DNA of 63,959 nucleotides, counting the filler, from Octopus bimaculoides (lineage: Eukaryota): assembly GCF_001194135.2 (NCBI RefSeq). It is 4 parts of 4 records of this genome, joined end to end, with 100 filler letters (N's around TTAATTAATTAA, not from the genome) between each part and the next. Parts side by side here need not be neighbours in the genome. Positions count along the whole stretch, not along the records: positions 38,429 to 62,845 come from NC_068988.1; 3 more parts are not named here. One strand, 5' to 3'. The translations under genes and the position numbers were made by a program. The notes under the pieces were generated by a model. That model saw only the letters and a program-made list of their open reading frames with translations. It searched no databases and was not told where the DNA came from. This document shows positions 38,329-51,941 of the stretch, piece after piece (position 1 is the first letter of the stretch; the number at the start of each line of letters is the position of its first letter).

Positions 38329-38428
38329 NNNNNNNNNNNNNNNNNNNNNNNNNNNNNNNNNNNNNNNNNNNNTTAATTAATTAANNNNNNNNNNNNNNNN
38401 NNNNNNNNNNNNNNNNNNNNNNNNNNNN
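38329..38428. other. Artificial sequence-joining spacer 2
   Basis: 44 N + TTAATTAATTAA (38373-38384) + 44 N. Confidence 0.95.
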
Positions 38429-38460
<32 letters not shown>

Positions 38461-38726
38461 TGTATGTATGTATGTATGTATGTATCTACTTGTGTGTTTT
38501 TGTTTTTCACATCCATCGGTTGACAACAGATGTTGGCGTGTTTAAGTTCCAGTAACTAAGCGGTTCGGTAAAAGACACGGATAGAATAAATACTAGGCTT
38601 ACAAAGAATAAGTCCTGGGGTTTATTTGTTCGACTAAAGGCGGTGCTCTAGCATGGCTGCAATCAAATGACAAACAAATAAAAATATATCTATCTATCTA
38701 TCTATCTACATATCTATCTACATATC

Positions 38727-38805
<79 letters not shown>

Positions 38806-39079
38806 CACCATCATTCATCTATGTGTGTGTGCGAATACGCACAAACTTGTTTTTATTTATTTATTTATTTTTATATATTTCATTATATATGTATGTATTT
38901 AATGACCGACATAAGTGGCAAACCATTTGCAAAATGTGAATTATCCACGTGACATTTTAATTGTTTTTATAACTTGTTATAATAATATTTCCAGGGAAAT
39001 ATTATTATCACAAGTTACATAAATCCATAACACTTCAATCAGTAACTAGTTCCCGACTAGCAGCGGGAAATTTAGACAG

Positions 39080-39513
39080 TGTCACGTGACAACTAGCTGC
39101 GGCTGCCTGCTGGAGCCTAGCAACAGATATAAAAAGGGGAACTTGACATGACGATCAGTCGGACGCTGACACTCGTTGATGCTGCATCGAAGAGGCCAGG
39201 GAATAGAAGAAAGAAGACATACACCCAACACCAGAGCTGAAGACACCTCCGAAAGGAGGGGCCCCGCCACGTCAAAACTGTAGAGGAGTAGGGGCCCAAA
39301 CCGGACGTGGTTCCTCCTGATGATGTCTTGAGCTAACTGGATCCTATAAAGGAGCTGTTGTGGCAGCAGACCACGAAACATCGTTGAAATTCCTCAGTGT
39401 AAACGCACGAAACTCTCCGCCTACAAACCACTCTGTTGCTTCTGGTAAATATTAATAAAAACACATATAATCATATTTTGCGTTCTATATTTCCTGTTTG
39501 CATTATCAAAACA
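39080..39513 (+). mobile_element. Probable solo LTR (Gypsy/BEL-like) with TATA-Inr promoter
   Basis: Starts TGT and ends ACA; TATAAAA at 39128, Inr-like TCAGT at 39155-39159 (A at 39157, 29 nt after the TATA start), AATAAA at 39454; GC-richer than its flanks. No matching TSD found. Confidence 0.4.
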
Positions 39514-40556
39514 ATATATATATATATAAACAATAGAAGAGACTACTATGTGGATCCCTTGCATGCTAAAAATAGACGTCAAACCCTCTTAAAACAAAAC
39601 AGTACAAATCCTGCAATTACAGACATCCACTGTGTGCTGCTGGAAATATTAATTTATTGCGTCATTTATCATGCTAAAACAAGATCGTTTGTCAGCTGTC
39701 TTTTCGGAAGATAACTTTTAACAAGAGACGCTTGTAAACAAGAATCAAAAGGAAAACGACAAGGGCGATAATCAACTTTACAATAATTCGAAGAAAATCA
39801 GACGTATACCAGATGTTCATGGTTTAATAAGTGTGCGGTTGTCTACTTTGAAATTCCGATTGGATGTTTTTCTTGAAAGCAGACATGCAGGAAAATATGT
39901 CATTTCTCGAATTTATGTATTCGTCGGATGTTCTCAAGAATTTTTAAATAGATATACTTTTTCAAGTGAACACACTGGATATTTTTGGACCCATTCATAG
40001 AAGGTCTGGATTGAGAGAGGATTTTCCATTTGATATCGATATTGGTCCCTTCGTCCCTTTGTTTCCAGATTAAAGCCGAAAGGATTCTTGAATGTCTCCT
40101 ACTACAGTACCTAAATTACTTAAATACTTGTTATATCTAGTTTTTAAATTTTTCTTCCCACGACTCCGGTATACCGTTTGATATCTATATGATTGTTGTC
40201 GTAGTTTGAGGAAACCTGTGTTTAATAAACAAAGGAAGATGTATCGCACACCGGTCCTAAAAGACATTTAGATTTATCTCTGCGTGTTCGCCAGAGCAGG
40301 CTTGAGCCGTCCGTTGCTTAACATTACGAGGACAAGAAAGCATAACTTTCATTGAGTGTCTGTTAATGATTTTATTGTATCAATGTGTTCTAGGGAAATG
40401 GGTATCAACTAACTGCAAGAATTTTCAGCTTTCATTTCCACTTACATTAAGGGAGAAAGGTCGAGACGAACCATAAAATCTCTCCGAGACCTTACAACAA
40501 GTTGATAGAGGAGGTGGTGGAGTGTAGGAGCTTTTATGAGTAAAGCTGCTATATTT

Positions 40557-40604
<48 letters not shown>

Positions 40605-40609
<5 letters not shown>

Positions 40610-42345
40610 AATACTGCTCCGCTTTTAGCAATCCGGATATAATTAATCTGAACAGCATTGACGAATCAAACACTGAGCGCACCCTGTGTGGTATATCATT
40701 TGGTGTCCCAGATATCAGAGCAGCTACAAGTAAAATTACAAAGAACTCAGCTTCAGCTCCTGACTGATTGCCCGCTAAAGACCTGAAGGAATGCCGTCTC
40801 CATCTCACATTCCCCCTAGCTGTTCTCTGGAGGAAATCACTAGACGCGGGCTATATTCCTGATGTCTTCCTTTCTTAGTCGATTGTTCCATTCTTCAAAG
40901 AGGGGAGCAAGTCCCAGGCAGGGAATTGCCGACCTATTTCCCTTATTTCTCGTCTCATCAAATTATTTGAGAGAGTGGTGCGATCAAGAGTGACTCACTT
41001 CCTGGAAAGCAACAACCTGCTGGTTCCCAACCAACATCGTTTCCACAATGGCAGGGACTGTCTTATACAGCTCCTGCATCATTTCCACGATATCCCAAAG
41101 ACCTTGGGTGAGGGATCCAATGCAGGTGTCATACATCTTGACTTCAGCAAGATCTTTAACAAGTTTGACCACAGCATCATGTTGAAACAACACTCCAACA
41201 CTGGACTGCAAAGGAAGCTTTTAAAGTAGTTTAAATTCTTTCTGGTGAACAAAACGTAGCGTGTGGTGATCAATAGTGTTCGATCAAGCACAGCAAAAAT
41301 CATCAGTGGTATCCCGCAAGGCACTGTTTTAGGCTCACTCCTGTTCCTTATCTACATAAATAACATCATCAGGGTAATTAAATACAGTAATGTAAAACTT
41401 TTCGCGGATGCCTCTAAACTTCTGAAGGTCGTTGACAGGATGGAAAACCGGACAAATCTTCAATGCGACTTAGTTGCTGTTATCCAATGGGCGCAGAAAC
41501 ATAGCATGCAACTAAGCGAGAACAAGTTTGAGTTAATCCACTTTGGTAAAGAGACTGTACTTAAACCACCAAATATTCTTCCTTCAGGTGAACACCTCAC
41601 GGCATCAAACACCGGTAGGGACCTCGGTGTGACTCTGGACGATAACTTAAGTGGGAGTGTCAACATAAACAAGAAAGCTGACATGGTCCACAGGGCGTGC
41701 TTCTGGATCCCCAGGACTTTCCAGTTTAGAGATGCTCCAGCCATTATCCTTCTTTTCTCTACCTTCGCCCTCCCTCACCTTGAATACTGTCGTGCAAAAT
41801 ATTAAAAAGCTTGACGCACCCCAGAGATCAATTACAAAAAAAAAGAAATGATTACATATCTGGTCTTAATTACTTGGATCGACTCGCGAATCTCAAACTG
41901 CTTTCTCTCCAGCATCACCAGAGCGCTTTATTATATGTATGATGTGGTAATTGTTCCGACAGTATTGCCCAAATGATATCGCTAACACTTTTAAATTCCA
42001 CCCAAGGCTTGGTCCTCGTGCCATGCGTTCTCTACAGAAAACGTGCTCTCAGCATATCACAACACTAAGACAAAACTAATTCTTCTCAACCGGGCCTGCT
42101 CTTTTTATCATCATTCCAAATCATAAATAGAAGGTAAAAGATTCCATAACCTTCAAAATGTTCCTGGATGAAAAACTCCAACAAATTTCAGATAAAGCAC
42201 CTACAGAAGAATATATTGCAGCAAGCAACAGCTCTTTAATCGAATGGGCAATGATGCCTAAAAATAACTACACAAAAATACGTTACTAAATGCCTCTTCC
42301 AGGTGGTGCTATAAAGTTAGCTATGACCTGGGCCAATGTCGCCGA

Positions 42346-42417
<72 letters not shown>

Positions 42418-42420
42418 CAT
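40605..42420 (+). mobile_element. CR1/L2-group LINE, 5'-truncated, pseudogenised RT with 3' UTR and (TATC)n tail
   Basis: Remnants NSASAPD, RPISLIS..IKLFERVV, NQHRF, HLDFSKIFNKFDH, SGIPQGTVLGSLLFLIYIN, KLFADASK, RDLGVTLDDNLS, PHLEYC; several stops and frameshifts. Confidence 0.9.
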
Positions 42421-42490
42421 CTATCTGCCTGCCTGTCTGTCTGTCTATCTGTCTGTCTGTATATGTATATGTATATATAATATACATATA

Positions 42491-42983
42491 TATAATACAA
42501 AATGGGACAAGGAGGCAAAAGATCCAGACAGTTAGGTGATAAAAGAAAGGGACAACAAAACATCCAGATAGACGATACAAAGAAAACAAGGACAGGTCAT
42601 TCAGATCCAGATAAGCCTAATTTAATTGGTCCTTAGTTGAAAGACATCTGTTGTTATGTCCTGTTATTATTGTAATTTCTATTGTATTTGTGTAACGTTT
42701 TTGGAGTTTTTTTTCCATCCTTGTTTTTGTATTCATTTCCTGCTTTCCTCCAGAGAATCTAATGCGCTTAGCTTAGTTTTTGCTAGGGGGTGGCCAGATT
42801 GGAGCAATAACGAAAATAACCTGCCGAAATTGCAAAGATAATCTGGATCTCGACTGAGGAAAGGCAACTCCGAATGACCTGTCAGTGTTTTCTTTGTATC
42901 GTCTAACTGGATGTTTTGTTGTACTTTTCTTGTATAACCTATCTGTCTGAATGTTTTGCCTTCTTGTCCTATTTTGTATTATA
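42491..42983. mobile_element. Element with about 113-bp inverted arms between (TA)n tracts
   Basis: 42491-42603 pairs with the reverse complement of 42872-42983 (tataatacaaaat.ggacaag.aggcaaaa...aacaaaacatccag.tagacgatacaaagaaaaca..gacaggtcattc). Confidence 0.65.
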
Positions 42984-43017
42984 TATATATACATGTATGT
43001 ATATAAATATATATATG

Positions 43018-43113
<96 letters not shown>

Positions 43114-43307
43114 CGTATATATATATGTATATATGTATGTGTGCGTATATATATATATGTATATATGTATGTGTGTATATATATATATATGTATGTGTGT
43201 GTATATATATATGTATATATGTATGTGTGTATATATGTATGTGTATATATATATATATATATATATGTGTATATGTATGTGTGTATATATATATATGTAT
43301 GTGTGTG

Positions 43308-43340
<33 letters not shown>

Positions 43341-43400
43341 ATATATATATATATGTATATATGTATGTGTGTGTATATATATATATATATGTATATATAT
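42984..43400. repeat. Long compound (TA)n/(TG)n microsatellite
   Basis: Directly visible; source of several spurious YI/CV ORFs. Confidence 0.97.
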
Positions 43401-43452
43401 AGCGGCGTACGTACACTTTGTCTCTTATATGTAAGTATACATTTATATATAC

Positions 43453-43490
<38 letters not shown>

Positions 43491-44452
43491 GGAATAAAAT
43501 AGAGTATATTTTGCTATAAATATATTAAATTTCTTGAGTCAAAGTGATGAAAGTAAACTGTTTGTAGCAAGGGGGAAAGAAGCGTGAAATAACGAAACAG
43601 ACGTTCCCCAAAGATTTTCACCTGCTTTCCGTTGCCAAATAACTATATATTGAAATTGGTTTGAACCGTAACAAAGATTATTATGTTTGTGAACTTTTAT
43701 CACTATAGTGTATACTTTTGTGGTTTGTTTCTGTAATTATCGGCCTTCATCATGTCTCCAACCGAATATTGGGTCGATAATGGAAGATAACTGACATAGT
43801 TTTAAAATCAGTAATGAACAGTGTATGGTATGACTGGCTTTTGTTTTCGTGTGTTGATTAAGCATTTTCTAGCTAGGAAACTTGTGGCTGCATCGATATT
43901 ACTCTGAACTGATTTCTGATGTGGATGAATAACTTTTCTGTATGTTAATGTAAGTAACTACATGTATAGTTCATACTACACACACACACACACACACACA
44001 CACAATAAGTTCACACATATCTCCATGTATATATATATATATATATANNNNNNNNNNNNNNNNNNNNNNNNNNNNNNNNNNNNNNNNNNNNNNNNNNNNN
44101 NNNNNNNNNNNNNNNNNNNNNNNNNNNNNNNNNNNNNNNNNNNNNNNNNNNNNNNNNNNNNNNNNNNNNNNNNNNNNNNNNNNNNNNNNNNNNNNNNNNN
44201 NNNNNNNNNNNNNNNNNNNNNNNNNNNNNNNNNNNNNNNNNNNNNNNNNNNNNNNNNNNNNNNNNNNNNNNNNNNNNNNNNNNNNNNNNNNNNNNNNNNN
44301 NNNNNNNNNNNNNNNNNNNNNNNNNNNNNNNNNNNNNNNNNNNNNNNNNNNNNNNNNNNNNNNNNNNNNNNNNNNNNNNNNNNNNNNNNNNNNNNNNNNN
44401 NNNNNNNNNNNNNNNNNNNNNNNNNNNNNNNNNNNNNNNNNNNNNNNNNNNN

Positions 44453-44483
<31 letters not shown>

Positions 44484-45967
44484 GAAGGGCGGCGAAATGG
44501 CAGAATCGCTATAGCCCAAGGCTCTGGTAGAAGACACTTGCTTAAGGTCCCATGCAGTGGGACTGAACCTGGAATTATCTGATTGGTAAATAAGATACTT
44601 ACTACACAGCCACTCCTGCGTGTGTTTGCATCCCAGTGACATGGCGGTGCTGCCAAAGAGTCTCAAAGGATAAATAGTAGATTTAAAATGTAGTACTGGG
44701 GTCGAATCATTCCATTAAACATTGAAGGTGGTGCCCCAGCTGCACCCCAGTCTAATGAATGCAGCAAGTAGAAGGTAAAAGATATATATATATGTGTGTG
44801 TGCGTGTGTGTGTGTGTGCATGGACATATAGAAAGTTAAAAAGATAGCCAGAAAAGCAAGGGATATGTAAAGCATTAAAAACATAATGTGAGAGAAACCT
44901 CAACACTAATAAGTATTTGTTCAGATTTTAAGACCATTGTATGATTTGCGATTCCTAGATGTTTTTAATTCTTGTCGATTGTTTGAGGAGACTGTTTTAA
45001 TGCGGTTATTAGTCTGTCTGTTTTTCACACTTACATATTACATTATTACTGTCTTCCTCTTCCTACTCCAACTTCGAGAGATTATATTACGCCATCTTGA
45101 TATTTGACAATCTCCAAGATATTGTTACAATTTGTGAACACTAAAACATTTGTATATTTAAAAAAAAAAAAAAAGTATTCAAAAACCGTAAGCGTGAGGA
45201 TCACAAATATTTTGTATTCACATAATACATTTATATTCATATGGAAGCTATTGACATAAAGCGAGACACGCACATACAAAAATATATATCTTTGTCAAGA
45301 TGTCCACGAGGGCACGTGTGCGTATGTATATCTTTCTCAAAAATTGTAATTTACTGTGTCGCTTCTCATAGATTGTCATAGAAGTAAGAAACTCTGTGTG
45401 AATTGCAATGTAATTAATCATACGCATCGGACGAATAAATGAACACTAATACGCCTACTGAGTTGCCGTTCTTGCAATTGTACATACAAATATATTTGGA
45501 TGAACAAAAAAATGTTATTCATTCATGTTAGCATAATATACCAAGTAATTCTTTACTAAACTACAACCGTGTATGCGCGTGGTTATTAAAATGGTGCCCA
45601 TATAAACCGTCACGAATGCACTAGCCATTCACATCACGTAACTTTATATAGTTGAACAATATGTGGGATAACAGATTAACCAAGCAGTATTCGACTGTAA
45701 CAATGTGATAATCAAACCTTTTATGATCGCACAAAATACACGATACAAAATGATATCGAAGTTACAAATACAGAAAAAATGAAGAACACAGTTTTGTGAT
45801 GAATACGGATATCGAATAAGCAAAGCAAAAAATTCTGACAAAATATGGCATTTTTTTTTATGCAAAAGAACTTTTATAAATATATACTTATATCAGCACT
45901 TATGTATAGTTAGTAGCCAGTTATATATCTATCTCTCTAACAATCTAACTACACCACCTGTCTCGAA

Positions 45968-46068
<101 letters not shown>

Positions 46069-47077
46069 TATATACATGTTTGTGTGTATAGATAGATAAA
46101 TAGAGAGAGATAAAAAATATTATGTATGGAGAATAGATTTTTTAACATGAGTAGAATATAAAATCGGGAATAGACAATGGATTTGTAGTTGTAAGAGGAT
46201 TTATTTGTATTCGTTGAAACGGTTTGATACATTACTAAATTTCAAATGTAACCCGAGATGGTGGAGCATGGAATTGAGTTTCTCTGACCAGAGTTTGCAA
46301 ATTACTGTGATTTCTTGTTATAAGGAAGATAACTACATTTCTTTTATTCTGCAATATAGTTAGGCGTGTTGCAGTGTACAGAAATGGTGTCGGGACGAAA
46401 GAAATATTCAGATCTGGTGGATCTGAATATGCCATAGAATCGTAAAAATGTATAACTTTAACTTCAATAACAATGCCATCTGGGTTTCAACATTACGTTC
46501 TACGTAGTATACAACAAACTGTCACATATTTTGGTTGTATATAAGATACTAGCTGACCACGTGTTGTCAATAAAGACGGCTAATTGTAATTTTTGAGAAA
46601 TTTAAATTAGTTACAAAATAAGGTACATAATAATCACACATACAAACATTCGCATACATCCCTTCTACACGCACACACATACACACATATACACACACAG
46701 AGGGTTGAAACCCTGACTTTTTCACCCCTTCCTTCCTTATTCCTCTATCACTCCTTCATTTTTCTCATTGCTATTACTTTCTCTCACTCCCTCTCCGTCA
46801 GGGCTATTACTCTCACTAATTCTCTTTCACTGAATTACTATCATCTCTCCTCCTCCGCATCCGGCAGGATTCTGGACAAATATATACATACAAATATATA
46901 AAAAACACTACGCTCATTATTATATTATTAGATAGTATTAACATTTCTAAAATGAAAATTCCAATAGTTTCTATAAATCTACACCCACATCAGAATGCAC
47001 TTTCGGGGAAAGTATGGCTACTTACAATAATTTAACATAAAGGAGTTATTTCTACCCTTGATACAAATTGGAGTGTA

Positions 47078-47294
47078 CGAGCGGAGCTGAAAAGTTCTTG
47101 GCTTTGGTAAAAGAATATAGAGGACGATCAGTTAATTATGATTTTATTCAACATATTCCCCTCTCAGATTCACACACTTACTGAGGGCAGGCCTTCAGTT
47201 TATCTATGTTCTATAAAATAAATCGAAAGTTTGGGCCTACATCCAGGTGTTTCCCGATATCTTAAAACCAGGAATTTTTCTGCAACCCATTGCA
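47078..47294. mobile_element. Mariner-type MITE
   Basis: TA|cgagcggagctgaaaagttcttggcttt ... aaaccaggaatttttctgcaacccattgca|TA; degenerate inverted termini with TA flanks. Confidence 0.55.
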
Positions 47295-48579
47295 TAAATA
47301 AAAACAACATTACATGGGTTAACATTGTGATGAGCCAACCCACCGGTACATTTCGTTATCAAAAACAAAATTAGGTTGAAAGTTGCTAGAAGCATTTATA
47401 TAAAATATCATATCACTCACTGGACAATTTTTTTAAATTGGTAATTACACTTAAACAAAGCATAAATAGCTATATAGCAATATAATAATTATCAGTTTCA
47501 GAAGCTATCTACTAGTATCTTTGTGGGCATTTTTGTTCAGAATTTGACATATTCTGTAACAAACATGCTACAAGCGCAAAGGTGAACATTCAACTCTCTA
47601 CGGAGGATTACAAAAATTACATTTTATTCTAATATATGTTCAGCAAAAAAAAAGAACGTTATGTTTGCACCGAATTACGACAAATAGGCAGGAAATCAAT
47701 TTGGCTTTAAGCATGAGATACAAGCACGCACATATACACATACTCACACACACGCATGCTCACACAACCGCCCCGCTTATATGCGGAGTCCAAGTTTGTA
47801 TGCACTATAAATAGCTATAAATAAGTAATTTCTCCTTGGTCAGAATGTCAGTTTTACTTCTTTAACGAGGGTCATTATCACTTATCAGATCGATATCGGT
47901 TTTACTACTCTTAGCGGGTAAAATCTACAGTAAAACCTTTTGTTCTCATTCTTGAAGTGAGGATAAAATGTTTTGTCAATGAATAAAAAAGTGTTATAGC
48001 TTATACTTCATTTACACACGCAAACGTATGCGTACATATAATACGCATATATATACAGACTAACATGCAACTCATGCACACGAAGAGGTATATGTTGATA
48101 CGCATTTATCTGGAAACAACAAGAGAGATTAGGCGACAGAGCGAGATTATATATCAAAGAAGCAACGTTATATACAACTCATAAAGTGAATTGTGTTAAG
48201 TTCAAGATGTTATTAAGAGGAAATATCATGGAGTAGAAATTAATACTTTCTTGAACTACAAATTTAATTAAACTGGCTTATAAATGAATAAGAAATATAT
48301 ATCATTTTATATTAATGAATACCGAAGAATTTTGAACATTGAATAATGAAGGTTTATTTCGGTAAGTTAGTGATATTTGAATGCGACTTTTAGTTTTAAT
48401 TATTGCATTGTTCTGAAAATAATGGCCGCTTTAAGTGTTGTGATTTTAAACGCAATTTTATCATAGTATTTTAATTATATTTTAGGTGAATTTCGATGTA
48501 CTTAATAATTTATGTATGTTCTTTAATAATCTACTTATTTCAGACTGAAAACATTCTTGAAGCATAGGCGCCCTTGATT

Positions 48580-49332
48580 ATGAACTTGACAAAAAATAAC
48601 TTTCGCTTGCTTTTTTTGCATGGGTTCAAGCTTGGTCACAATGTCTCCCAAACTGCTGCCAATATCAACAGAGCATAGGGAGAGGGGTCCACAAGTGATC
48701 GCACAGTATGAAGGTGGTTTCAGAAATTTTGTAGTGGTGATGTAAGCCTTAAATATGGAGTTAGAGGACTGTCATGCAGTCTTGACAATGAGTAATTGAA
48801 AGGAATTGTTGAATAAAACCCATGTCAAAGTGTCAGAAAAATGTTTCATGCACTTGGTGTCGGTGTTGCAACGGTCTCACACAATTTGCAGAAGATTGGT
48901 AAGGTGAAAAAGATCGATAAATGAGTACTTCATGAGCTCAATGAAAAAAAAAAAGTTCTGTGTTTTGAGGTGTGCTCGATGCTCTTTTTGCGAAACACCA
49001 ATGATCCTTTTCTTGACCGAAAAGTCACTTATGACAAAAAGTGGATTCTTTATGATAACTGTAAACGATCAGGTCAATGGCTCGATCGTGATGAGTCCCC
49101 CAAACATTTCCCAAAGCCAAAGTTGCATCAGCAAAAGATTATGGTGACTGTCTGGTGGTCTACAATTGGTGTTGTCCATTACAGCTTTATAGAAGCTAGA
49201 CAGAGCATTGCAGCAGCGGTTTACTGCAATCACCTCGCTAAAATGCATGCTCACTTGCAAAAAATGAGACCTGCATTGGTGAATCAGCGTGACACAATTC
49301 TGCTCCACGATAGTGTAAAGCCACTATGTTAG
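48580..49332 (+). mobile_element. Mariner (Hsmar1/SETMAR-like) transposase pseudogene, 3'-truncated
   Basis: From ATG 48580: MNLTKNNFRLLFLHGFKLGHNVSQTAANINRA..., RWFQKF; then NDPFLDRKVTYDKKWILYDN...PKPKLHQQKIMVTVWWS...ILLHDS; in-frame stops and frameshifts; broken by a SINE 3' fragment at about 49340. Confidence 0.88.
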
Positions 49333-51850
49333 TTTATTAGCGTCCCTATATACTAGCGGTTCGGTAAATGAAACCGGTAGAATAAGTATTAGATTTATAA
49401 AAGGAATATTTCTGAAGTCGATTCTTTCGAAAAGCAGCTTTAAAGTCATTGCCTTAGCTTGGCATCATCTTAATAACCGCAATAATTAAAAGATAAGAGA
49501 TATTAAGTTATACACCATTTCTAATATTGTTTCTCCGTCCTGCGCACATACTAACGCTTGTGAAGATTAGAAGAAACTTATGATACTGAGAGTTTTCGGA
49601 AAACGTAACAATAGCTAGCTTTCAGCCTGACCATGATATAATATTACTAAAACTGTTTGCTTCGCTTTCTATATTACTGAAATTCTTCGTAGTTTTGGCA
49701 CCATAAAAGAAATATGTATCTGTTAAGACATTTTGTAGGTTGAATTTTATATCTTGAGAACAATCTATCGCATTGAAGAGAATGCTATCAAAAAACAGTT
49801 GCCTGAAGAAAGCCTGGAGAGCTTTTACGCTAAGAACAGCGATAAGGCTATTAACCCGAATCTATCAGCATACAAGACCGATAATTCGTTGTCTCAGAAA
49901 TTAACAACGGTATATTATGCACCTTAGTGTTTTCAGGTAGTTGACGCCTCAGCCATTAAATAATTATCAACTAAACAATTCAAAAATAATAACATGGAAA
50001 TAATTTACTCAACTATAACATGTCAATTTATAAAAGATGTATATATTTACGCAAGCCAAAATGTTACTTTCCTTGGAAATACGAACTACTTATATGTAAA
50101 AAATGAATCTAGTAGTTGGTTTTTCAGAAATAATTCGACACCTTATTGGTAAGCATTCAGATTTTATTGGAACAGTTTTCGTTATATCGTTCATTATCTA
50201 TCGATGTAATATGTACTGTTAACTTATCAGGTACAGTTCGATCGATTACTTTTTGTTACACTTATTGGATTTTTGCCTTTTGCTTATGTAGTCATTATAC
50301 GTATTTTAGTCATGTACAAGAAACCTGGCTTCGTTTTACAGTACACTTTGAGGGACGGAACATATGTCATCAATACATCTGCTAGACATAGAAGCCAAAT
50401 ATTCCCAAAAATCATGTTCTGACATCTTAAAAAAAAAATGGAATTATTCAGAAAGATAAAATGTTGCTTTAAGTACTCCCAAAAGAACAGAATGATCCTA
50501 GCTAGAATGTCTGTATTCATAGCTCTGCTTCACTACACTAATAATCATTCTCGCAACAATAGGAAACTCTCGATGTGAGTTATAGACATAATTGTAATTG
50601 AGTCATTGAATATACCATACAGCTGCGAGTGCTAGAGTTACTGGTTGACTGCTTATTTTAGTTTGTCGAGAAATTTTAGAAATGTTTCTCTTTATCCATC
50701 CTTTATTTATATTGTGTTGCTGCTAATGCAACGGCTAGAAGCATTTTCAGATTCCAAGCCGTGATGCATGAGCGTCTGTCACCATCAAAACTGCGCTGGT
50801 AATTTTGGTAACTCTTTTTTTTTGTCTTTCATCTCATACGCCACAACAATCGCCGCTGCCATTATCATCATGAGCATCATTATTATCACCCTTCACCCTT
50901 AACACCAGCACAGTCATCATCGTCGTCGCCAACGCCACCATCACCACAACCACCACCGCTACTACACCTCCGCGTCCATCACCATAACCAATACTACCAT
51001 TATAATAATCGTCATCATCATCATCTTTCCCAAATCATTAGCTAAACTACAGGGTCTTATTCGGTGACTTAAACATAAAAGCTAAACTTACTTCCCAAGG
51101 CAAAAATCATATCCATTAAAAAAAAAAAAAAAAAAAAAACACAAAACACCACTAAACTCGCTCAACGAATTCCCCAGCAGAAAGAAAGAAAGAAACAAAA
51201 AAAATTAAAACAGAGAAATATATGAAACCAAGAAACAAAAATTATTTGTTCCAACGAAAGAAATTATCTATATTATTTTATGCTTTCCTTGTGTACATAG
51301 AATTGATTTTGAAAGCATCAATTATATGGCTTACATCTCTTGTATATAGATAAGTGGCAATTTATAAACAACGTCAGATCAACGCCAACACTCAACATGC
51401 TATATTTCCAACAGGTTTACTTCATGTTTTCATGTCTTTTATCGCATTCACACATGACTTATTAATACTTTCCTTTGAATGCTTATGTATATCATTCATA
51501 CTGCAAATTTTCTATTCGGATTGTAGTTCTGGAAAGAAGTGGTCCTGGTGTTTTTAATAATCATGTAAGGCTACACAGCTATTGTTTAGTTCAGATATTG
51601 TGTTAGATACGTTATTTACAAATATTTGTTGAGACTTGTGTTGATAGTGTTCGTTATATTCTTCCAATTCAATTTTAGTCATCTTTATAATTTAATAATA
51701 TAAACTGGAAGTGAAACAAAAAAAACGAGATATCAACAACGAACGAAACAAACAAGATTATTGGGACTGTTTAGACATGTTAGACAGTAAAAAAGACAAA
51801 AATTACTTATAGAGCTTTACTACTTGTAGTTTATAAGTGTACACACTCAC

Positions 51851-51937
<87 letters not shown>

Positions 51938-51941
<4 letters not shown>

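Noticed and set aside
39317-39412. CTGATGA...CGAAAC as a hammerhead ribozyme
   Set aside because: Stem II does not close (U opposite C) and stem I is offset by 4 nt from the core; better explained as LTR-like sequence.
41263-41805. 180-aa ORF as a functional reverse transcriptase gene
   Set aside because: Part of a 5'-truncated LINE with upstream stops and frameshifts; the catalytic motif reads FADA instead of Y/FADD.
46549-46880. actagctgacc... start suggesting a Helitron terminus
   Set aside because: No clear hairpin or matching opposite end could be identified.
48970-49332. SETMAR-like host gene
   Set aside because: No SET domain or splice structure; the transposase frame has stops and frameshifts and is truncated before the final catalytic Asp.
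50751-50798. 48-nt AG/GT-bounded candidate exon (FQAVMHERLSPSKLR)
   Set aside because: No recognisable homology. It cannot join the next candidate (56229-56282), because the split codon TG+A makes a stop; such signals are expected by chance.
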